Source: Vicugna vicugna (taxonomy: Eukaryota). From it: 64,000 nt of DNA. The notes below the pieces were generated by a model, which saw only the letters and a program-made list of their open reading frames with translations, was not told where the DNA came from and did not search any database. The position numbers and the translations under genes are program-made. The DNA is taken from positions 558,001 through 622,000 of the forward strand of contig MU063738.1 of assembly GCA_013265495.1 (NCBI GenBank), written 5' to 3'. Shown here in pieces: positions 48,625-59,602 of this stretch (position 1 is its first letter; each line of letters starts with the position of its first letter).

Positions 48625-49270
48625 CTGCAGGGAGAGATCCAGATGCAAAGAGCAGCCTCAGGAGAGCCGGGAGCTCTGCTTCCCAGGGATAGCGAGGGGA
48701 CAGCGAGGCCAGGGAAGTCTCCAGACCCAGCTGGGCTTCGCTCCAGGTCCTTCGAGACGGAGAAGGCAGCCCCGGGGCCCCGGCGGGTTCCCTCATCCCC
48801 GAGGGCGCTGTGCTCGGTGGGCTCCTTTGGCCCTGCGCCTCCTCCAGCCCCGCTGGTCTCACGGACGCGCAGCTGCCCTCCTGGAGCCGCGGGGGTTCTA
48901 CAGGCGTTCTAGACCAACACCCACCAACCACCCGCCTATGAGAAAGAAGTTCCCGCTCAGAGTCGGCAGAGCCCGGCACATGAGCTTCAACTGCACAAAA
49001 ACATTTAAGTCAGTCACACATGGAACTAACAAAAAATGTTAGGAAACAGAAATTCATGACCTCGGACAAGTCACTGAGCTCTTCTGGCGCTCAGTCACCC
49101 CTCCGCCCAGTAAGGATAACGGGACGGCGGGAGTGGGGCGGAAACAGCCCAAGAGGGACGGGGACCCAGACCCGCGGAGTCACTGCAGGGGCTCCTCCCT
49201 CGAAGGCCAGCATCCGTGTGCTCAGAGCACATGAGAAGCTGAACCTGACGGGGGCCCCACCCCAACCCAC

Positions 49271-49384
49271 CTGGCTCTATCTTCACCCGCAGCTTGTTCA
49301 GTGGGTGGTCCTCGCCCGTTAGGTCCATGTGCTGCCGAAGCAGAGCCCGCCCCGTCGCGGCTTCCAAGCAGGTGTACGCGGCCC
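49271..49384 (-). CDS. RNPEP: RNPEP exon 6 (114 nt)
   Basis: AAYTCLEAATGRALLRQHMDLTGEDHPLNKLRVKIEP; phase 1-1. Confidence 0.96.
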
Positions 49385-49879
49385 CTGCACAGGAGACAGC
49401 GGCTGGTGCCACCCCAGGAACGTCCTCCTGCGTGGCCCCGAGAAGTGGGGACCACGGGTGGGCAGGTGGGGCCCAGGCTCCCCCACCACACCTCTCCCTC
49501 CGACTGCGGCCTTCCCCAGCAACGTGTTCTCCTTTTTAGAGACGGTAACTGATCTTCCACAAGCGGAATGTTTACCCCGACTTCCTCTCAGACTGGAGAA
49601 ACGTCAGCCAAGACTCTCCCGGGCCGCCTCCCTCCAGCTCTAATAGTCACTGAGGGGGCGGCGAGGGGAGGGGACAGACGTGAACCAGCCACCATCGCTC
49701 TCAAGAGGCCCTGACTCTGGGCAAGCGACCTGACCCCGCTCAGCCTCGGTTCCCTCATCTGCACAGTGGACAGAAACATCTGCCTGCAGGACTCTCGGCG
49801 GCTGCCTCAGACACTCACAAGGGCTCTGGCTGGAGCGAGACATCTCGACACACTTCCTGGGAAGCAGAGACAACGTGTG

Positions 49880-50160
49880 CCAAAAAGCCTTTGAAGTGTT
49901 CGGGTCCTGACATATGTTTCTAGGAATTTCTCTTTATTGAAATAGCCTAAGACGAACATAAAGATGTTTGTCCGAACACTATTTCATCAGAAAACTGAAC
50001 ACAACCTAACAACTGGAGAGCGAATAAATACGAAGTGTCCATGCTTCGCAGCTGCAGAAGAGAACATAATGACCTGGGGAAACGTCCAACTTCATTAAGT
50101 TCGGGAGAAAAGGCAGTTGTAAAACCGTGTATGGTCTGACGATTCACAAACACAGAACGT
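49880..50160 (+). mobile_element. L1ME-type 3' fragment in RNPEP intron 5
   Basis: CTAGGAATTTCTCTT...AAAGATGTTTG...AAAACTGAACACAACCTAA...AAAAGGCAGTTGTAAAACCGTGTATGG. Confidence 0.5.
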
Positions 50161-50874
50161 CTGAACGGACATCCACTGACTATCTCTGCATGGTAAGGTT
50201 ACAGGTCAGTGTTCTGTGTGCCCTTTTCCATGTGGGGCAGAGAAATCAGAGACTACAGCTGCCACGTTGCTAAAGCACCTGACACGCGGTGGGTTTGCAG
50301 TCGAGACGGCGGTGAGGCTGCACTTGAGAAGCAGAGCTGGGCTCAACCTGAGTTGTGTCCTCACCTGCCCCGCAGCTGGGGCGCGCTTCTTAGAGTCACG
50401 GTGAGCCGCGCGTTAACAGAAGCAGCTAGACCCGCTCCCCACGGCTGCCACAGAGTCGGCAAGCAGCGGGCACGCAGGTGCCCGTGGCGGGGAAGGCTCA
50501 CAGCGCTCCCGGGATCACTCACAGAATGAGCCAGCGTCCGGGTGAACAGCCCGGCGGCTTGGCCGGGTGTCGGCTGTTGAGGGAGAACAGGGCACCCAGT
50601 GGCTTCAGCACCACAGAGGCACCTTCCCCGCTGTTCCTGGAGACAACTGTCCACTTTGGGCTGCCCTCTCCCCACAGCTCCCCTGACCAGTGACAGGCAG
50701 TCAGGGGGATCCGTTCAGGCAGAACTTCGGTCTCGAGTCAGCCCCGGGCCTCTCCCCCAGCTCTCTGCACTCCCACCGCCTCCCTCCGTGCCCACGCGGA
50801 CCCCCAAACCCCACAAGGAGACGGTGCCAGCCTCGCAGGCCGGGGGTGGGAGGCAGGTCCGAGGAGGGGCTCAC

Positions 50875-51110
50875 CAAAGAGGGTGGTGGAGATCCTCCTC
50901 TGGGCGTACATGGTGAAGCCCTCATTCAGCCAGAACTCCCCCCAGTTGGCGTTGGTGACCAGGTTCCCGAACCAGCTGTGGGACACCTCATGGATGATGA
51001 CATCGGCCAGGGAGCGGTCGCCCGCCAGCAGGCAGGGGGTGACGAAGGTCAGGCAGGGGTTCTCCATGCCCCCAAATGGGAAAGACGGGGGCATGAAGAG
51101 CACATCATAC
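50875..51110 (-). CDS. RNPEP: RNPEP exon 5 (236 nt), catalytic GXMEN and HEXXH-X18-E motifs
   Basis: [78 protein letters not shown]; GGMEN and HEVSH...E are the M1-family signatures; phase 2-1. Confidence 0.98.
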
Positions 51111-51506
51111 CTGCCGGAGCGGGAGGTCATGGGAGGTCACGGGCAGCTCCAGGGCCACCCCGCCTCCGCCTAGGGCGTGGGCCTGGCCTGCCCAATGGGG
51201 ACGTGGTCAGCCCTGTCACCCCGGCTCCCTGGGGCCCAGCAGGGCCTTGGGGACCTCGGGTCGGAAGATGGCAGAGAGGGAACGGGGTGTGGGGCTGTTC
51301 CTGCAGCGGGAGGTCACATCAGCCAACCCCCCAACAGCAAACCCCAGGCACCTTCCCCGCACCCACAGCCCGCCTCCCTGAGCCCCTCCCGGACCACAAC
51401 TCCACCAGCAGGGCCTGGATTGTCTCCTCCCCCTCCCTGGCCCTGCCCAGCATGGGGGAGCCGCTCAGTTCAACCACAGAGACATCAGATCCATGTGACA
51501 CCACAC

Positions 51507-51623
51507 CTGCCCCAAACGTAGGGTCCGAAAAGCTTCTCTCCCGTTGCCAAAAACTCCTCTATCACCCCGTCGTACTCCGCCTTGGCGGCCGCGATGAGGC
51601 AGGGCTCGGCCCACACCCGGCTC
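51507..51623 (-). CDS. RNPEP: RNPEP exon 4 (117 nt)
   Basis: SRVWAEPCLIAAAKAEYDGVIEEFLATGEKLFGPYVWG; phase 2-2; AG/GT boundaries. Confidence 0.96.
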
Positions 51624-52284
51624 CTGGACACGAGGGCGCAGAGAAGGGGTGCTGTGCTCATGGCGGGGACCAGCCCCGCAGCACCTGCAGAAACTGGCCT
51701 CCATCTCACACCAGGCCGACGACCGTGAAACTGCGGCCAGCCCCGGGGACAGGAGAGGCCAGCCACCCACACCGACCCGGAGAGTGCACTACACCTGAGG
51801 GGCCAGAGGACCCTAGGCCAGCCCAGGGCGGTGGCCTGCCTGCCCTACGACACCAACACTGACCGCAGCCTTGCAAAAGCTACGCAGCCCTCCAGGCCTC
51901 AGTCTCCTCATCTGTGGGAGGCACGGTGAAGAGAGGAGGAGGGTGTGGAAGCCCTGCTTCCCACAGTGGCTGGCGGAGGAGACACCGGTTTACCTCACTT
52001 CCCCGCAATGTGAAAAGACTTTCATGACCTAACCTCTGGAACTGAAAGAAACTTTAGAGAAAATCCAGTTAATGCTGATGGAAAAGCGTGGACTGTCTCA
52101 GGCGCCCGGTGGTCCTGCGGCCATGAGGGAGAGTGCCTCGCTCCTTGGAGAAGCAGGCTGGTTCACCGAACGGTCCAGCGAAACAAAAGCAAACGCACAC
52201 AAAGCTGGAACTACTCCGGCAACGTGGCCGGGCAGACAGGTACTCAGTGCATCACTCTCCCAACTTCCGATCAGAAATGTTCAA

Positions 52285-52442
52285 TTATGAGAGGGGGTTG
52301 GGAACAGCTCCATGTTAGAGTGTGTGCTTAGCGTGCATGAGGTCCTGGGTTCAATCCCCAGAGTTATGAGAGGGGGTTGGGAACAGCTCCACGTTAGAGT
52401 GTGTGCTTAGCGTGCAATCCCCAGTGCCTCCATTAAAAAAAG
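52285..52442 (+). mobile_element. Tandemly duplicated camelid SINE in RNPEP intron 3
   Basis: 53-nt stretch at 52285-52337 repeated at 52364-52416 with one mismatch; the second copy lacks 16 nt and carries the A tail. Confidence 0.85.
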
Positions 52443-54202
52443 TTAATCATGATATTTCCAGAGCAAAAAGATGAGAAAGCAAAGGTAAGGGGTGGGAGGA
52501 ATGAAGAGGGTCCAGTCCGAAGCAAAGTCAAGGCTGAAAGGGGACGGGAGGGACCAAGACCACCCGCGGACTCCGGGCCCTGCAGCCGAAGCCCACGTCC
52601 AGCCAAGGCCCCAGATGCTCAGTGGACCGCTCCTCACATGGACATTCCTAATCGAGGGACAGACGGCAAGGCGGGCTGGTGCGAGACCAGGACACGGGAA
52701 GATGGGTTGAGGGAAAGGCGGGCTGGGGGTGGGAGAGGCCAACAAGCTCGGGTCACACAGGGCTTCAAGTGCTGTGTGACACATTCGGGGGTGATCACTG
52801 TGGCCGCAGGACACAGAAACCAGGCCAACGACAACAGGGCGTGAGCTTCCCCAGGACAAGCAGGGGGGCGAGGGCAGGCCCCATGGGGCACCCACACTCG
52901 GGGGTGGGCGGAGGAGACCCACAAGGAGACCACAACCAGGACGGCCGCATCACGGAGGCAGAGGTAGGTGGACAGAGGCAGGTGAGGCGCAGGGCAGAAG
53001 GGCTGTCCTGTGTCCACCAGGCGTCCATATGCCCTCAGTCCAGGAGAGTCAGTGAGGCAGGGGGCTGGACTCCAATGGGTGGAAGTGGGGAGAGGGGGTG
53101 AGTACAGGCCAGAGCGGAACGTGGGCTCAGTGAGGTTTTGGGTGTGTTTTGTGCTTTTTTTCAGAGCTACGAGACGTCATGCTCGGGAAGAGGCAGTTGG
53201 GCTGCAGGTTTGAATGGAGGGTAAGTGATGGTTGATCAACAGCTCAGATGAAAAAATTTGCCCCGAACAGAAGGAAGGAAGGGCCCTCATCAGAATCCAG
53301 AGGGAAGGGAGGACAAGAGCAGACTGCGGGGACCTTGGGCGTGCAGGACACAATCGCCCCTAACAGATTGAAGGTCCCAACAGAGCAGAGACAAGACCAG
53401 CCGCCTGGCGTGTGGGCCGGGGTCGGAACCGGAGCCCTGAGGACCTGGGTCAAGTCTCCGTTTAGGGAGGTGGGAGGCCTGCTGAGCCACGGAGCAGGGT
53501 GAGGTGAAGACTGCGTCTGCCGCGTGCCCCTCGGAAACCTCTCCAGCGTCTCTGCTGCCTGCCCTTCCGTCCCAGGGCGTGCGCAGTCTCCCTCTCTCCA
53601 ACGCCCCGGCGCAGAGCGGGGAGGGGGCTGCAGGACCCCGGCCAGACGCACAGCAGCAGGACACAGCACGGGGCCTGGGCGTCGCTGAGAGATGAGCAGT
53701 CACGCCTGGGCAGGACGGAAGCCGGGCAGGAGAGGCCGGCTGCCCAGGGCGTGAGGGGCGGGGACGGGGAGCTGGTGGGAGTGGGGCTGCCCCAGGGCAG
53801 AGGCCAGCAGGGGGTCAGAGGGCTGCAGGGCCAAGCTGTCGCAAGTTCCTGATCCAGCCCAGTCCTCAGCGACGCGACGCCCGTGTCCCAGCCCTGGGAC
53901 CCGGCGTGAGTCGGGGGAGGAGGTGGGGGTGGAGAAGGCCCAGGCCAGCCCGAACCCGGGAGGTCTGCGTGGAGGAAGGGCGCCGGAGCAGGCCTGTGGG
54001 AGCCGCCCAGCGAGCCGCACCGCCACCCGCGGGCCCGCAGTTAGCCAAGTCCCCGGCCCTGCGTGCCGGCCGTCGGCAGCGAGAGCATCAAGGCCGGGCA
54101 AGCGGGGACCCAGACCACCCCCCCAGAACATGGATGCCGTCAGAAGCAATTAGTACACACACAGTCAGCCTGGAATCTCACCGCCAGGATTCTAGGGCAA
54201 AA

Positions 54203-54365
54203 AGCACTGGGTTTGCAGGAGAAACCCTGGAATCTGAATCCCAGTCCCACCAGCCCTGTGGTGGTGCTCACACCTTCTCACCAAAGCCTCTGTCTGCTCA
54301 TCTGCAAACTGGAGACAGCACCTCCCACGGCTTTGTGAGGATTAGAAAAGGTAACATACAGGAGG
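54203..54365 (+). mobile_element. MIR SINE in RNPEP intron 3
   Basis: CCCTGGAATCTGAATCCCAG...CCTCTGTCTGCTCATCTGCAAACTGGAGA...TTGTGAGGATTAGA. Confidence 0.6.
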
Positions 54366-55031
54366 CCGGTGGGGAACGTCCACCCATCTCTTCTCCCAGA
54401 ATTCTCCTCCTGTGGCAACAGGGACTGAAACTGGGGGCCTGCTTTGCCAGGAGACCCTCCTGCTTCACAAACCCCCATAAGACCCTACGATGTGACCCAC
54501 CCGGGGGGCGAGGACCGTCCACCTGACAGGGGAAGGGGTAGGCCATCGGGCCCGTTACCCAGGTTCTGTCCCTGGATTGACCTACTGTCTTCACTTTCGC
54601 ACAGAGGGTTCAAATAAAGTGCGGTGGCCTGGTGTGTTCAGAAACCACTGCTCCCTCATTTCCACCAGGAGCTCATCCTGTTACTCACAGAACCGTAGCA
54701 AGAGTAAGCACCCTAAGATCATTCCTCTGCTTGTCCAGTTTCCTGGCAGCTGACGTGCCTCTGGGCACCTATAACCTGTCCACCAGGAAAGGGACCTTCT
54801 CTCTCCAGACTGGCTCTCTTCTGAGTGTGTGGCTGGAAGCAGACACCACCGCAGCCACACTGATCACTCTCTGACCCGCGGACAGAGGACCACGATGCAG
54901 GGGATGCTGCTACGCCTGGCTCAAAGCCAGAGGCTGGCAACAGACCCTGTGTGTCCGGGAGCGCAGAGCCTGGGGGGGAGGACAGCTTCCTGTTTATACC
55001 AGGTTACGCGGGGAGAGAAGACAACAGTGGG

Positions 55032-55240
55032 CCTAATGTGAACTGTGGACTTTGGTCGATAAGAACGTGCCCGTGTTGGTTCAGCGACTGTACCAAACGT
55101 GCCACACAGATGAGCGATGCTGAGGGTGGGGAGTATACATGTGTGGGTGGGGAGGGCTATGTGCACTCTGTATCTTCTGCTCAATTCTGCTATGAACCTG
55201 AAACTGCTCTAAAAAATAAAGTCTATTAGCTAAAAAAAAA
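55032..55240 (+). mobile_element. 5'-truncated L1M 3' end with perfect 14-bp target-site duplication
   Basis: CCTAATGTGAACTGTGGACTTTGG...GAACCTGAAACTGCTCTAAAAAATAAAGTCTATT-A(n); AAGACAACAGTGGG at 55018-55031 and 55241-55254. Confidence 0.8.
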
Positions 55241-55806
55241 AAGACAACAGTGGGAAACAGCTGCACTCCTGGTCAAATTTCTCTTCTTGGGAAACCTTAA
55301 AAAATCCTTATTTATCTCTGCTAACCCCATCCCCCGCTGCAGTGAGGGACCTGTCACCACAGGCTCAGGCTTCTGCATCGGGGCAGAGGGATGGGAGCTA
55401 CCACGCTCCTGTCCAGGCAGACCGTGAAGTCAAGGCCACGTGTTCTAGGAATTATGTGCCAGAGAAAATGAGATTTGGGTCAAACACAAAAAAACAAATA
55501 TGGTTGCTAGAAGGTGATTTAGAACTTAAAGGTACCAACAAAGGTCGCTCTCCTGAACTACTGCCCGAGCTCCAATCTGCCTCTGCGAGATGGCCCAGGA
55601 GAGCCTGCTCAGCACAGACGCAGGGTGAGAACAGGGCTGGGGGGGCACGGGGACTACAGGGGAGGGCGTGCTGTGCCGCACAAAGGCCCTGGGCTCGGGA
55701 GGCTCCCACCACCCCGAGAACCACCCCGGCAGGTCCAGGGGCCAGTCAGAGACCTCTGTGCCTCGGAGGGCAGTCCAGTCTTGCCTGCAGGGGCCTGGTC
55801 TCCTAC

Positions 55807-55955
55807 CTGGGTCCAACATCGGCCGAAACCAGATCTCCAACGGCCAGAGCTACCAGGTAGGAGGGGATGGGATGACACATCTGGAAGAAGAACTTATTTG
55901 GACCTCTCTCCTCCCAGGTGTTAGCACTCATCACAGCGGTGAAGCCGTCTGGGAC
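55807..55955 (-). CDS. RNPEP: RNPEP exon 3 (149 nt)
   Basis: VPDGFTAVMSANTWEERGPNKFFFQMCHPIPSYLVALAVGDLVSADVGP; GTCAG acceptor and CAG|GTAGGA donor; phase 0-2. Not in the ORF track; read manually. Confidence 0.95.
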
Positions 55956-56266
55956 CTGACAACAGAGAAACCTTAGGCAACCTCACCTGGACAGAGTCTG
56001 CTTTTGCTGAGCTGGAAGGGCAGAAGGTCCGCCACCTGCGTGGTGCTGATGGTGACCTGCAGTCCACCTTGGGAAGCACGAAGGCTTCATGAAACTGAAC
56101 TTGTGCTAACCTGATGGGACTGAGCACAGATACAATTTCTGCAGGTGGAGGAGGTTCCTAGAGGCCCCCTGGGCAGGGAGTACACTACTAACTGAAATGA
56201 GGCCCGGCAGGTCTGAAACGATCATTTCAATCCCAGGGGCAGGGACACCTGCCCTCGGCCCCTCAC

Positions 56267-56404
56267 CTCCACAAGAGCAGAGTATCTGAACTTCACTGCA
56301 GGGGTGTCGAAGCAAGGAAAGAAGGCACGGTTCAGGACAGCCTGACCCTGGGTGTAGACGAAGGGCTTCTTTCCTGCCGTCTGCTCTGGGGCCAACCAGC
56401 AAAC
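56267..56404 (-). CDS. RNPEP: RNPEP exon 2 (138 nt)
   Basis: VCWLAPEQTAGKKPFVYTQGQAVLNRAFFPCFDTPAVKFRYSALVE; TCTCAG acceptor and GAG|GTGAGG donor; phase 0-0. Confidence 0.96.
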
Positions 56405-56873
56405 CTGAGAGGAGGCGAGAACATTCAGATCGACACCTGCATGAGCCCAGTGCAGCTGGAGGGAGGCGCTGGCTGGACGGGAGACTCTCAGGTACCCAAA
56501 TTCTGCCAATGGCGAAAAGGAGTTCCCCTGGAGAACAGACACAACTGTGGGGGTGAGGATATATGTCAGCCCCACATGCTGCCTAGAGTTTGGAGAAGAG
56601 TCAGAGGATTCCAGGAGGGTCTCAAGGGAAGCAAAACTCCCTGGCTGGGCCTTGGAAAGTGGACAGGACTGAGGTGGCTGGACAGGAAGGCAGAGGACGT
56701 CCTCCAGGAGGCGGGCAGCATCGTGAGGAAGGCGAGGAGGGATGTGGCCCCATACGGAGGTGGGAGGTGCACCTGGACAGGTGGGATGAAGGACTCTGAA
56801 CACAGAGACATCTGAGACTGATTTTTAAGAAGCATAAGGGAGGCACACTGGGATGCTGGGTTTTTCTCTGGTC

Positions 56874-56899
56874 GTGTGTGTGTGTGTGTGTGTGTGTGT
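56874..56899. repeat. (GT)13 microsatellite in RNPEP intron 1
   Basis: Pure GT run; usable as a marker. Confidence 0.9.
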
Positions 56900-56989
56900 C
56901 TCCTTCCAGAGTCCAGTACAGACGGAAAGATGGGGAGAGAGAGTAACATCTCAGTGGAGAAACCCAACAAGCCCTGCCTCAGCCAGGTG

Positions 56990-57510
56990 GCCAGAGGTCA
57001 ACACAGCCATCACAAGTCACACTGACACTACGAACCCTCAACACGACATTACAAAAATGGCCCTTATCTCTGCGAACTTCCATTCAATTTTGCTGGGAAA
57101 CCAAAACTGCTCTAAAAAATAGTCTATTACAAACCAACCAACCAACCCCATAACCCCATATCTAATCACAAGAAAAACATCAGGCAAATTCCAAAAGAGG
57201 GGCACCCCACTCCTTGAAACTACCAAGGTCACCCACACAGGGAGGTTTGAGAAGCCGCCACAGCCAAGAGGAGCCCGAGGACACGTGGTGGCTGAACGGC
57301 CTGTGGACTTCTGGACAGGATCTGGGTGCAGAAAGACACTAGTTAAAAACTAAGGAAATCCAAAGACACTGTAGACTCTAGTTAATACCAAGGTATCAAA
57401 ACTGGCCCGACAACTGTAAGAAATGCATCCTACTGTAAAACTAACCAAGCAGAAACTGTGTGTGGAGGGGGCTTGGGGAACTCTGTACTACCTGCTCAGT
57501 TTTTCTCTTA
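56990..57510 (+). mobile_element. Stacked L1M / L1MC 3' fragments in RNPEP intron 1
   Basis: AAACTGCTCTAAAAAATAGTCTATT terminus, then AAACATCAGGCAAATTCCAAA...AAAAACTAAGGAAATCC...GAACTCTGTACTACCTGCTCAGTTTT. Confidence 0.6.
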
Positions 57511-57522
57511 AAAAAGAATCCT

Positions 57523-57582
57523 GCTGGAATTTGACACAACACCGTGGGGTAATTGTGAATCAATAAAAAATTAAAAAAAAAA
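57523..57582 (+). mobile_element. Very short L1 3' stub with 12-bp target-site duplication
   Basis: GCTGGAATTTGACACAACACCGTG...GAATCAATAAAAAATT-A(n) flanked by AAAAAGAATCCT at 57511-57522 and 57583-57594. Confidence 0.65.
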
Positions 57583-57596
57583 AAAAAGAATCCTAG

Positions 57597-57720
57597 TGTG
57601 GAGGGTCCAGCTCAGTGGTAGAGCACATGCTTAGCATGCATGAGGTCGTGAGTTCAATCCCCAGTGCCTCCATTAAATAAATAAATAAGTAAACTTAATT
57701 ACCTCCCCCTGAAAAAAATT
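57597..57720 (+). mobile_element. Camelid tRNA-derived SINE in RNPEP intron 1
   Basis: GAGGGTCCAGCTCAGTGGTAGAGCACATGCTTAGCATGCATGAGGTCGTGAGTTCAATCCCCAGTGCCTCCA plus (AAAT)n tail. Confidence 0.85.
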
Positions 57721-58140
57721 TACTTTTAATCCTATTAATGGCAAAGACTGTAGCAAGCTGGCAATAAAAGTGAACACTTGCAGAACCCCACGAGGTGCCA
57801 GGCTCTGCATTAGACAGAACAAAGACAGCTCCTGTAACTTCTGTCAGACTCATGTCCATAAAGACTGACCACCATCCCCTCCACCATGACTCCTTACTCA
57901 TCATCTCTGCTTGAGTTCTGTCTGTTTTTGTTTTAGTCTGGAGGAGGCTAGCGGGACATACACTACAGAGTCCATGTCTGGGTGGAGGTGAGCGCCCTCA
58001 GTAGGATGGTGGCAACGAGAAGGAGCAGGTGCAAGGCCGTCAGTGGAGACCTGCACAGGGCGAAGGGCAGTGCTTTGTCAAGCGTGGATCTCTGCCATCA
58101 TGTCTGAAAGGAAAGCTATGCAGTTTGGGGCAAGGTGGCA

Positions 58141-58242
58141 GGGAGGGTATAGCTCAGTGGTAGAAATGTGTGCATGACGTCCTGGGTTCAATCCCCAGTA
58201 CCTCCACGAAAAATAAACAAACTTAAAAAAATATATATTTAA
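58141..58242 (+). mobile_element. Camelid tRNA-derived SINE with probable target-site duplication
   Basis: GGGAGGGTATAGCTCAGTGGTAGA...GGTTCAATCCCCAGTACCTCC; flanked by AAAGCTATGCAGTTTGG (58112-58128) and AAAGCTATGTAGTTTGG (58243-58259). Confidence 0.85.
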
Positions 58243-59087
58243 AAAGCTATGTAGTTTGGATATTTCTTCAAAATTTTCCAGTTATCCTATTTAATCTCTG
58301 CCTCAAACCAGGAACCAGAACATAACAGAGCAAACACGGTCCCAGATGTCATGTCTCCCTAGTGGTCCCTGGGTTTTTCCTTTGTGGTTCCTTTATTTCC
58401 AGAATGGTGAGAGACGGAAACAGAACTGCCCTCTTGAGCAAGTTCCAACAGCAAAAGGGGAAATGCTACCAGAGCAACAAATGCCAAGAGTAGGCAGGCA
58501 CCAGCTGTGAGCCTCGGAGCCCACCCTACCCAGGAAAGGACTGGCAGCTGCGCCAGGCCTCTCGTGAGGACTCTGCGACTCTCAGGGACGCGGGCACATC
58601 TTTTCCCTTCTGATTTCCTCCCGATTAAGACTTAAGAGTCAACCAGCAGTGACAAAGCCAAGAAGCCTAATTCCAGCTCTTACTTTTACTCAAATCCTTC
58701 TGTGCACCAAAGCCAGGACTTCGTGAGAGGAAGCACTAACTGGCCGGTTTCAGAGCTGTCTCAGCCCAACGCCCTGGTAGGGCACCTGGAACAAAGGGCT
58801 GAGTCAGCACAGGGCAACGAGCCCGCGCCGGCAGGGCCTCCGCAGAGCAGAAGGAAGAGGCTCACCACCGGGCCGGGCAGGGACAGCCCCTAAGCTCACT
58901 TCCTGAACCTGCGCGGTCCAGGGAGCCGGGAGCGTGCGGTGGGCTCCTGGGGCGCAGGCGGGCCAGGGATGGCGGTGCGGTGACGGGGCACAGGGGGCGT
59001 CTGGAGGACAGGCGGGAGCGACAGGAGGGGCTGTGGGCGTCTGGACCAGGGCTGGCCGGAGGAGGGGCGCGGGGAGGGGACACTCAC

Positions 59088-59528
59088 CCCGGGTCCCTCG
59101 CCGACGTGGTAGGTGAGCTGCACGCGCACGCGCTCGCCGGCGCCGCACGGCTGCGGGAAGTGCACGCACAGCGCCTGCCCGTAGTGCGAGAAGGGCCGCG
59201 TGCTCACCGGCACCGGCTCGGGCTCCGGCTCCGGCTGCCCCGCGCCCCGCGGACCCCGCCGCAGCGCCGCCGCCGTCACCTCCACGCTCGGGTGCGAGTC
59301 CAGCCGCAGCTCCGCGGCGCCGCCGGGCTCGAGGCAGCGCAGCTCCAGCACCGCCGAGCCGTTCAGCCCGCGGCTGCCCGGGCCCGGCCCGGGAGGCCCG
59401 AACTCGACCCGCAGGTCCAGGTGCAGGTGCAGCAGCTCGAAGGCGCGGAAATTGGAGGCCGACGCCACGTCCTCGGCCAGCGCCGAGCGCAGCACCCGCC
59501 CGCCGGCTCCGGTCCCGCCGCCCGCCAT
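59088..59528 (-). CDS. RNPEP: RNPEP exon 1 (441 nt), aminopeptidase B N-terminus
   Basis: ATG at 59528 in GGGCGATGG context; translates MAGGG...DVASASNFRAFELLHLHLDLRVEFGPP...SHYGQALCV...TYHVGEGPG; donor GGG|GTGAGT at 59087; phase 0. Confidence 0.96.
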
Positions 59529-59571
59529 CGCCCAGCGCAGCCAACGCCCGGGCGGCCGCAGGCCCCGCCCC

Positions 59572-59602
59572 NNNNNNNNNNNNNNNNNNNNNNNNNNNNN
59601 NN
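59572..59602. other. Assembly gap (31 N) in the RNPEP promoter
   Basis: N run flanked on both sides by GCAGGCCCCGC. Confidence 0.95.

Noticed and set aside
50690-51862. 390-aa plus-strand ORF and similar antisense ORFs over RNPEP and ELF3
   Set aside because: Antisense shadows of real exons plus GC-rich introns.
57597-57672. tRNA-Ala(AGC)-like sequences (also at 61221, 58141, 47051)
   Set aside because: They begin with the SINE leader GGGGAGGG, have broken stems, A-rich tails and target-site duplications: SINE copies, not tRNA genes.
4442-58806. About 13 AP-1 heptamers (TGASTCA) across the window
   Set aside because: Roughly eight are expected by chance in 64 kb; not clearly enriched without a proper background model.
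42400-59000. ELF3-AS1-like antisense lncRNA known in human
   Set aside because: Nothing in the sequence alone defines its exons here.
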